A DNA stretch of 64,000 nt from a virus. The position numbers and the translations under genes are program-made. Positions 56,923 to 64,000 of the stretch are shown one piece after another (position 1 is the first letter of the stretch; each line of letters opens with the position of its first letter). The DNA is taken from the IMG/VR virus record IMGVR_UViG_3300044710_000080, positions 11,026 through 75,025 of that record; one strand, written 5' to 3'. The notes beneath the pieces are model-generated. The model saw only the letters and a program-made list of their open reading frames with translations, did no database searches and had not been told where the DNA came from.

Positions 56923-57468
56923 ATGAGAATCCTCCCGGTTTGTTTCATCTGGCAGAACGTCGATGTTGTCGACTCCGACGGCGTCGCCGAGCGCCGCATG
57001 GCGATGGTCCCGCTCAAGCGGTACGGGAACGTCTGCGCGCGGCAGTTCCATGAAAACGAAGAATACGCTCTCGCACCGATCGAGGCCCGAAGTCGGGCTA
57101 GTCATAATTTCTACTTCGCATCGCTCCAGGAGGGTTTCGAGAGTCTCCCAGAGGCGGAGCAACGGTGGCCAACGTCCGAGCATTTCAGGAAGTGGGCACT
57201 TTGCATGGAGGGATTCTGCACCGAAAAGAACTACGACTGCGCGAGCCACGGTCACGCGATGCGGCTGGCCGCGATGATCCGAACGCTCAGCGAGTTCGCC
57301 GTCATCGTGGTCCGGGGGAACATGGTCAAAATCTTCGAGGCCGAATCGCAGTCGGCCGCCTCGATGAATAAGGAACGATTCGAAGACTCGAAGAAAAAAG
57401 TCCTTGATCGGCTCGCCAGCATGATCGGCGTCACGCAAGGCGAGTTGAAGAAGGCGAGGTCCGCATGA
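56923..57468 (+). CDS. NinB/DUF1367-like recombination accessory protein
   Basis: RS..SH..YFA.L......LPE, P.SEH.RKWAL, SQS...M....F..S. Confidence 0.5.
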   Translation: MRILPVCFIWQNVDVVDSDGVAERRMAMVPLKRYGNVCARQFHENEEYALAPIEARSRASHNFYFASLQEGFESLPEAEQRWPTSEHFRKWALCMEGFCTEKNYDCASHGHAMRLAAMIRTLSEFAVIVVRGNMVKIFEAESQSAASMNKERFEDSKKKVLDRLASMIGVTQGELKKARSA

Positions 57469-58580
57469 ACGCCCAGCTCGCCATCCTGATCGCCACGCTG
57501 TCCTGCCAGGACCCCGCGCTCGGCTTCCGGGACTTCTACGCGCAGTTCTACAGCCACCGATGGCCGGGGGCATACGGCGAAAACTTCACCGAGGTCTTCC
57601 GGCGCGAGTCCGATGCTGCAGCCGACTTTCTCGACTACCGAGTCGCGCGGATGGAGAAGTGCAGATGAAGAAACTCGTTGGCATCGCCGAGATCAATGAG
57701 GCCGAATTGGCGGTGCGCATGTGCGAGGCCAGCTACGGATTGCGGCGGCCGGCCCATCTGACGGCAGCGCAGGCTCTCGATGCGATGGACTCGGATTGCC
57801 GCGAAGGCTGGCGACGCTCTGCACAAGCCGCGATGAAATACTGGCGCGAGTGCATCGAGAAAATGCAGAGCGTGCAATGATGCGGCCCCGCCTCACCGTC
57901 GAGCAGCAAATCGCCGTCGTGGAAGAACTCATAGAAGGCTTCCGCTGGGCGCGCCGGCCCGGCTCCGACGACAAGGTGAATCAGACCTATCGCGTCCTCA
58001 AGCAGATCGCCGCCGACCTGCGCGGCCGTATGGCTGATTCAATACCGATTACGGTACGCATGCTGCAGCAACGGATCGACTGCGCTGTCCAATCAAAGCA
58101 TGCACCGGGGCCTATGCAAGGGGTCGCCGAAGAATTGATCGGAAGATGGGCAACCGTTCGGCTGGCGCTTGAACGACTGGCACAAGAAGAGGAGACTGCA
58201 TGACTCTGCTGATCGAGGGCCTGCTGCTGGACCGGCTGGTCCGGGAAGTGGAGCGGAGGAAAGACGCGCAAGCCGCGAACGACGAAGGCGGTCGCAAGTA
58301 TGGCATGATGATCGTCGAACTTGAGGCCGCGAAAGAGAAAATCCTGGACTTGGAGGGCGATGTCAGTGCCTTGCGGCGCGAGCGCGATCAACTCATGCGA
58401 GACAATCGCGCCTGGGATGAGAAAAGCGAGAGGATGTCGCGCGGGCTGGACGCGCTCCGCGAAGCGGCGCAGGCCTATCTGAGCCGGGCGAAGGGGCGAT
58501 CGAAGTCCGGGCTCGCCGCTAGTTTGCTCCACAAGATCGGTGAGGCCGAGAGGCTGTCCGACAGTTTCATCCTGTTTTGA
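57465..58580 (+). other. Run of short coupled hypothetical ORFs
   Basis: ATGA-type overlaps; no recognised motifs. Confidence 0.4.
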
Positions 58581-59071
58581 CGATGCGCCTCTACCGCCCG
58601 CACATTCCCCTCGAGGTCCGCTGCCGCGTCGCGATGCGGCAGAGCGGGGAGATGTTCCCCGACGATATCATCAAGGAATACCGGGGCAGACTCCAAGGAC
58701 TCCTCGATGACCTCCTGCTCGGGTTGCGGATGCTGCTGAGCCCGGAGCGGTCGGACGGCGAGCTCGTCAAACTGCATTTAGATCATGATCCGCCGCTAGC
58801 TGCGCGACCGCGATTTCGCGCCGGGCTCGGCCGGACTCGCTACGAGCCCGACGCCAACGATCCCGAGTTTCTGTTCTACCGGACGAAGGCCGACCACGAC
58901 GTGAAGACGAGAATCAGGGGCGAGCACGGCCAATACCGCGACCTCGCACTAATCAAGCGGGCGCGCAAGAAGGCGAAGAAGGACCGCCGGCCGAAACGGC
59001 GCTGGCCGTCCCGCCCGTTCCCGAAGGTGAAGCGGAAGATCGCGTCGCGCGGATTCAGGAGGCCGAGATGA
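58577..59071 (+). CDS. HNH-like nuclease
   Basis: LDHDPPL..R...P.AND......H..KT, basic tail. Confidence 0.55.
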   Translation: MTMRLYRPHIPLEVRCRVAMRQSGEMFPDDIIKEYRGRLQGLLDDLLLGLRMLLSPERSDGELVKLHLDHDPPLAARPRFRAGLGRTRYEPDANDPEFLFYRTKADHDVKTRIRGEHGQYRDLALIKRARKKAKKDRRPKRRWPSRPFPKVKRKIASRGFRRPR

Positions 59072-59680
59072 ATCAGGATGCCATCAACGATTATCTCGCC
59101 CAACTTGTTTTGATGGGCTACGGGCGCACGCGGGGCGAAGTCCGGGATTATCTGGTTCACCGCGCACTCGATGATTTGCTGCGGACCAAGGTCCTCAATG
59201 CTCGGGGGCGCGTATGATCGACCGCCAGGGCTTGAAAATCCTCATAGAGTGCGACAGTTGCGATGAAGTCTTCGAGGGCGCGGAACGCGAGGAGTTCGCC
59301 GACGTGTGGATGGCGGCGAAGCGCGACGGATGGAAGACGAAGAAGATCGCCGGCGAGTGGTTGCACGGCTGCGCAAGGTGTGGAGTCTGACGATGGCCTA
59401 CTTCAGCAACGGCACCGAGGGCGAGATGTATCACGAGCAGTGGTGCTCCCGCTGTCTGCACGACAACCCCGATGCCGAGCGACTCTGCCCGATCTGGGGA
59501 CTTCATCTGATGCGAAATTACGATGATTGCAACAACGACAATAGCGTCCTGCACGTTTTGATTCCGCGGAGCGCCGATAAACTCTCGAACGAGCGGTGCA
59601 CGATGTTCGTCGAGCGCGGACTCTTGTCTAACTTGGCCATCCAGAAATTCGAGAGCGACAGCACAGAAGGAGAGTGAGCA

Positions 59681-60364
59681 ATGAGTGATTCGACCATCGT
59701 TGCCCCGGGCTTCCTGCGCCGAGGGCCAGCGTCGCACGACGAACCGGAACGCAGGCGCCGTATCGTGACCCCGTGGCGACGGCCTGAGCGAGAGGCCGGC
59801 GACCCGAACACGGCGAGCCCGCAGCGGCTCACCGCGGGCCAGGCGGCCGAGCTCGACGCGCTCGAGCGGCAGCAACTCCCCGCCCGCGTCCAGGCGCCAC
59901 CTCCGCCGGCCGACCCGCTCTCCCCGGAGATCGCCGCCCTCGTCCCCCAGGCGATGGTCGAGAAGGCGAAGGCGTTCCGGGAGGCGACGCTCGCCTCCTA
60001 CCAGAACCGCATCGACAACACGCGGACGAAGTTCGCGGCCGCCCTGGCGCGCGATGAGAAGGCCTACGCCGAGGCCGACCGGGTGACGGCGGCGATGGTC
60101 GAGGTCGCGCTGAAGATGGCGGTCGACACCGCCCGGCACGTCGCCTCGATCAACGACATGGAGGCCGACCTCGCCGCCGCCAGCGACGGCAGTCTGGCGA
60201 GCCTGCGCGCGGTCGCGGAGAAGCATGTGCCGAACGCAGTCACGAGGCCAGCGAACACGGATCCCGCTGGCGATGCCCTGCGCGAACATGGCGTTCCCGC
60301 CGAGGCAATTAAACCGCTCGACAAACTCCATGAGGCAGCCGAAGCGCTCGGCCCGCAGGAATGA
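59681..60364 (+). CDS. Hypothetical helical protein, last gene of the plus-strand operon
   Basis: ORF with RBS GGAG; followed by hairpins. Confidence 0.55.
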   Translation: MSDSTIVAPGFLRRGPASHDEPERRRRIVTPWRRPEREAGDPNTASPQRLTAGQAAELDALERQQLPARVQAPPPPADPLSPEIAALVPQAMVEKAKAFREATLASYQNRIDNTRTKFAAALARDEKAYAEADRVTAAMVEVALKMAVDTARHVASINDMEADLAAASDGSLASLRAVAEKHVPNAVTRPANTDPAGDALREHGVPAEAIKPLDKLHEAAEALGPQE

Positions 60365-60396
60365 AAAAGGCCCGCCGAGTTATCGTTCGGCGGGCC
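60364..60396 (-). terminator. Intrinsic terminator of the leftward lysis-side operon
   Basis: GGCCCGCCGA/TCGGCGGGCC stem followed on the minus strand by TTTTT; a second hairpin lies at 60431-60463. Confidence 0.65.
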
Positions 60397-60699
60397 AGTC
60401 GGGAGTAGGGGCGAAAACCAAAGTCGTCAAACGGCGGCGCGCCGGGTGGAACGCCGCCGCCGTCATTTGTGGGCCGAGTCGCGCCGGAGCGCAAGACTCA
60501 TCAGTACCCTATGAACTGACGCCACCACGATTTTCTAATCGGGACGACCTCGATCATGTTCTCCTTGAGGATGGCGACGATCGGCGTAACACCCTTGTCG
60601 GCGACTATTTGCAACTTGCCAGTCGACGACAGCTTCACGACCTTCACAGCCGAGGCTTTTGTTCTAGGCGTCGGCTTCTTCCTGCGAGGTTTCTTCATG

Positions 60700-60966
60700 T
60701 CAACACCCTGTGCAGATCGACCGAGTCGGTCGATACGATGGCAGGCTTTTCGCCGCCTCGGTGAGACAGCGATCTATGCTTTTGGTCTTGCGGCATTCCA
60801 CGTAGGCCAGCCCGCGCTGCTCGTCCTCGGGGCTTCGAGCGGGCAGCACCGCTCCCGGCTTGATCGCCTCGACCGGCGGTCGTAGGTGCCGGATCACGCG
60901 CCGCGGCGGCTCGACGCAGCCGGCCAGGATCAGAAGCGACAACAGAAGCAGGGCGAGCGCCCTCAT
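60700..60966 (-). CDS. Small Pro-rich lipoprotein (o-spanin-like)
   Basis: MRALALLLLSLLILAGC lipobox. Confidence 0.5.
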   Translation of the reverse strand: MRALALLLLSLLILAGCVEPPRRVIRHLRPPVEAIKPGAVLPARSPEDEQRGLAYVECRKTKSIDRCLTEAAKSLPSYRPTRSICTGC

Positions 60967-61184
60967 GGCCCCGGAGGACTATTCCACCCCGAGAACAGCG
61001 TATCCATGCGGCCGGTCAGAGCCCAGATTGCCGCGCACAAGCCCAGGATGACGAAGCACACCTGAAGGATTTGTTGCGGGACATGGATACCGAGCATTCC
61101 GAGCACCCAGATCATCACATAGTAGGCCAGCACGACGATCGCGATGGCGAGCAGGATGTAGAGGATGCGGACCAGCAGTCTCAT
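60963..61184 (-). CDS. Two-TM small membrane protein (holin-like)
   Basis: Two hydrophobic helices, 73 aa. Confidence 0.45.
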   Translation of the reverse strand: MRLLVRILYILLAIAIVVLAYYVMIWVLGMLGIHVPQQILQVCFVILGLCAAIWALTGRMDTLFSGWNSPPGP

Positions 61185-61333
61185 GGGGACCTCCTGGGCA
61201 CAGAGCCCATCGGTAACGCGATGCCTACCCTATTCGTTTCCGCCCGGCTGTTCAATTATGCTCACTGCATCCAGTTGAGGACGATGTCGACGAAGTCCAT
61301 GATGATCTCGCGGAGCAGGTCGAGCTTGACCGA

Positions 61334-61612
61334 CTATCTTCCATGCATCAGATAGGCGCCGATCGCAACGGCCAACCCGGTCAGAGTCCCGGTCATCGCC
61401 CCGAACATGCCGGCCTTGAGTTTGAGCATGGCGATCTCGACACGCATTGCCCCAATGTCGTTGGTCTTGAGATCGTCGAACTTGTCGTGCAGCGAACCGA
61501 TGTCTTTTTCAATCCGCACGAGTTCACCCAGGACGAGGCGGCGATACTCCGTCCATCCTTCGCCCGACGTACTTGTGACGCCGAGGCCGCTATCTTCGGA
61601 TGGTGGCGACAA
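61334..61612 (-). CDS. Coiled-coil plus C-terminal TM protein (XhlA/holin-like)
   Basis: W.EY.RLVL.EL.R...I..M.VEIAMLK.KAG.FG, then a hydrophobic C-terminus. Confidence 0.5.
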   Translation of the reverse strand: MSPPSEDSGLGVTSTSGEGWTEYRRLVLGELVRIEKDIGSLHDKFDDLKTNDIGAMRVEIAMLKLKAGMFGAMTGTLTGLAVAIGAYLMHGR

Positions 61613-62003
61613 TGACCAAGCCCTTTGTCAGCACGATCGGGTTGAGCACGACTTCGACCCTGATCTCATGCCCATCTTTGTGGGCGCCCATGATCTGCCG
61701 CCCGCGCCCCATTTGCCGCGCTACCGGCTCCTTCGCATAAAGCGCTCGGTAGTGAGCGTGCTGATCACGGAAAGCGGTGGGCATAAGCATTTCGATCCGG
61801 TGATCGAACAACTCGCTACGCGGGAATCCAAATAGCAATTCGGCCTGTTTGTTCGCGAGTTGAATCTTGCCCTCGCTGTTGACCACGATGATCGCGTCGG
61901 TGAAATCCTCGAACAGCTTCATCATGAACTCGGGATCGATGAGGTGCCTCTCAATCTCCCGGAGCTTGTCTAGGTCGTTGGGCGAATGTTCGTCTTCGCT
62001 CAC
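61590..62003 (-). CDS. Stand-alone PAS domain protein (FixL-like)
   Basis: DAIIVVN..G.I.L.N..AE.LFG....EL....IEML.P...R..H..Y...MG.GR...G.HKDG.E..VEV.L. Confidence 0.85.
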   Translation of the reverse strand: MSEDEHSPNDLDKLREIERHLIDPEFMMKLFEDFTDAIIVVNSEGKIQLANKQAELLFGFPRSELFDHRIEMLMPTAFRDQHAHYRALYAKEPVARQMGRGRQIMGAHKDGHEIRVEVVLNPIVLTKGLVIVATIRR

Positions 62004-62017
62004 TTCAGGGACTCCGT

Positions 62018-62434
62018 TTAGGCCTGTCGCCGAGTCCGGCGCACCACGGCGAGATAAAGCGATCCGTGCCGACCGGGAACGATCGGGCTTAGATTGATCT
62101 CGACTTCGAACTCGCGGCCGTTCTTGTGCCGCCCGCTCAGAACCATGCCGACGCCCATCGGACGTACGCGCGGGTCCTGGAAATAAGCGTCGCGATGAGC
62201 GACGTGGCGCTCGCGGACTGCTTCGGGCAAAAGCATCTCGACGGGATGATCGAACAACTCCCGGCGGGCGTAGCCGAACAGCAACTCCGTTTGCTTGTTC
62301 ACAAGCTGGATGCGGGCCTGGTCGTCCACGAGAATGATGGCGTCCGGGAGTTCCTCGAACATGGCGATGGCGATGTCCGGGTCGATGAGGTGCCCGCTCA
62401 ACTCGCGCAACTTGGCGATGTTTTCGTTGGTCAT
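62018..62434 (-). CDS. Stand-alone PAS domain protein (FixL-like), paralog of the adjacent gene
   Basis: PDAIILVD...RI.LVN...E.LFGY...EL...PVEMLLPE..RERH..H...RPMG.G..L.GR.K.G.EF.VEI.LSP. Confidence 0.85.
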   Translation of the reverse strand: MTNENIAKLRELSGHLIDPDIAIAMFEELPDAIILVDDQARIQLVNKQTELLFGYARRELFDHPVEMLLPEAVRERHVAHRDAYFQDPRVRPMGVGMVLSGRHKNGREFEVEINLSPIVPGRHGSLYLAVVRRTRRQA

Positions 62435-62506
62435 CCCGACACCCCGGATCGAGGAGGCGCCCTATTCATGCCATAGGTTGCCGGCCCGCACTAGACGCAA
62501 AATACA

Positions 62507-62541
62507 CGACCGGCCGGAGGGGGGCACCGCCCGGCCGGTCG
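62507..62541 (-). terminator. Hairpin downstream of the porin gene, possible terminator
   Basis: CGACCGGCCGG/CCGGCCGGTCG stem followed by TGTATTTT on the minus strand. Confidence 0.4.
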
Positions 62542-62583
62542 CGGACAAAGGCGGCGTGGGTTAGGCGCCGCCCGGGGATTAGG

Positions 62584-63423
62584 TCAGCGCGGCACCGGGA
62601 AAAGATATGCAATCTTCGCCTGGTAACGCGTGCCGGCATCGACGCCGCCCGAGAACATCGGGGCGCCGCTGGTGCCGCCAATGTTGTTGATGTCGAAGCC
62701 GCGGATCAGCCACGTCACCGACGCCGAAACGTCGACCACGCCGCCCGTTGCCGTCTCCACCAGAGCGCCGGTCGGGCCGGGCTTGCTGTTGAACACCGGC
62801 CACATCGCGCCGAGCTTGAGCATCGGACCGCACGCCACATTGGCGCCGCCCACGGCTCCAACGGTACCGGACATGCCGACGCACTCGCCGCCGCCAGCCA
62901 CGTAGCTCCGCGGCGTCGAGCCGTTCACGTCCACGCCGCCGGGCGCAACCGGGGTGAACGTCGGAAAGGTGACGCCCGAAATCCCCAGGTTCGCCAGCGC
63001 AGTTTGGACGTTGGCGAACTGGCTCGTGGTTCCGCCCAGCCGGAACTCGAGCGTGCCGCTCCACCGGCTCGCCACGCCGATGGACTGATTCGCGACGGTC
63101 TGGCTCGCCGCGATGTTCTGATAGTCGAGGCAGCCCTGGAAGCCGTTCCACTGCGCGGCGTTGCCCCGCATGAAGCCCAAGCAGCCGCCGACCGTGCCGC
63201 CATCGGCCGTGAGCTTGCCGCTGACCAGCTGGTTCGCGAACAGCGCGCTGCTGGTGCTGGAGTTTTGAACGCCAGCCCCGGCCTCGATACCCCAGTAAAA
63301 CCCCGGGGTGGAGAAGAAGTCGACGTACGCCGGTGCCTTGTACGGCGCCGCCGGCAGGTCCGCCGCAAGCGCCGGCGCGCAGAGCGCCGCGGCCGCGACG
63401 GTCGCAAGAATGATTCGCTTCAT
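62584..63423 (-). CDS. Outer-membrane beta-barrel protein (Omp25/RopB-like)
   Basis: Signal peptide MKRIILA..ALA|ADLP..PYKAP, GFYWG...G, amphipathic strands, near-terminal Y.F. Confidence 0.75.
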   Translation of the reverse strand: MKRIILATVAAAALCAPALAADLPAAPYKAPAYVDFFSTPGFYWGIEAGAGVQNSSTSSALFANQLVSGKLTADGGTVGGCLGFMRGNAAQWNGFQGCLDYQNIAASQTVANQSIGVASRWSGTLEFRLGGTTSQFANVQTALANLGISGVTFPTFTPVAPGGVDVNGSTPRSYVAGGGECVGMSGTVGAVGGANVACGPMLKLGAMWPVFNSKPGPTGALVETATGGVVDVSASVTWLIRGFDINNIGGTSGAPMFSGGVDAGTRYQAKIAYLFPVPR

Positions 63424-63682
63424 GTGAGTCCCCTTGTTGAGCGCGCTGCCCTGCGCGCCCGGCAAGCCGAACACCCGCGCGGGCGTCAGCACAAGGGGGC
63501 GGGAACGATTTAGTCGGACCGTGACTTTTCGGCAACAGGCGTGGGCGCGCGCAATCGCACCCATTGACCATTACGAACCTGCCATATTTGGCCCGTCGAA
63601 CCGTATTTGCGCGTCCCTTCGGGATAGGCAGTCGCGCTCGCTCGCGGAGGCCAATCTGGCTGATCGTCGTCGACGAGAGATT

Positions 63683-63886
63683 TCATGGGACCTTGTCGGC
63701 CGCGTCGATCCCCACATTGAGGATATTCCGCACGGCCGCGTCGATTTCGGCCCGGTGCTGTTCGACCGCCTGCTCGGCCTGCCGCTGGGCGAAAATCGGG
63801 ACGTGCCCTTCGGCTTGGCTGATCGCCGCATCGACGAGGGGCTTGGCCGCAGCGCAGGCGGCGTCGAGTTTTGCCTGGGATGCCAT
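63683..63886 (-). CDS. Hypothetical protein
   Basis: RBS GGAGG; 67-aa helical ORF. Confidence 0.5.
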   Translation of the reverse strand: MASQAKLDAACAAAKPLVDAAISQAEGHVPIFAQRQAEQAVEQHRAEIDAAVRNILNVGIDAADKVP

Positions 63887-64000
63887 TGGGGAACCTCCTA
63901 TCGGGCCAGATGGTGCGTTCTAGCGGGCGGGGGCGGCTCGGCTAGCCAAAGCCGCCGAAGCCGAGCCAGCGGGCGGCGCAGGGGCGTCGGCGGCCGCCGC

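Noticed and set aside
1-64000. Genome-wide TAG recoding, tRNA genes, diversity-generating retroelement, integrase/att sites
   Set aside because: TAG ends full-length conserved genes (for example sheath and cement). No cloverleaf, reverse transcriptase or recombinase motifs were recognised by eye.

Overview
The whole window is one high-GC tailed phage (or prophage) of the contractile-tail group with a DUF1073 portal, DUF2213 protease/scaffold, DUF2184 capsid and DUF3383 sheath (Bcep781/Aaphi23-type morphogenesis module). An alphaproteobacterial (Hyphomicrobiales-like) host is suggested by the Omp25/RopB-type porin and the GapR-like, DUF3489 and Cro-like genes. The minus strand carries a Cro/replication/methylase operon (51.5-44.3 kb) and then terminase, portal, head, neck, tail and baseplate genes (41.4-0 kb). 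The plus strand carries a recombination operon (51.7-60.4 kb; ERF, YqaJ exonuclease) and a short operon at 42.5-44.3 kb. The right end holds lysis-type membrane genes, two stand-alone FixL-like PAS proteins and a porin. No integrase, CI repressor or endolysin is visible. The main surprise is about 14.5 kb of accessory DNA split into two blocks between the neck genes. It encodes a soluble nucleotide-sugar tailoring pathway (His-type ColD/RfbH-like 3-dehydratase, split ThDP E1-alpha/beta pair, NAD epimerase/reductase, cupin, B12 radical SAM), four glycosyltransferase-like proteins and a Mom-like enzyme. A Thr/Gly/Ser-rich ~65-aa module is inserted four times in three virion proteins and is a candidate glycan acceptor. 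A second insert encodes a DpdA/TGT-like enzyme, MazG and a C5-MTase-like protein. These inserts and the early operons share one promoter design, with a near-palindromic GGGA-N6-TCCC operator in the -35/-10 spacer (six promoters plus one stand-alone site). All family assignments come from motif recognition by eye, not database searches.
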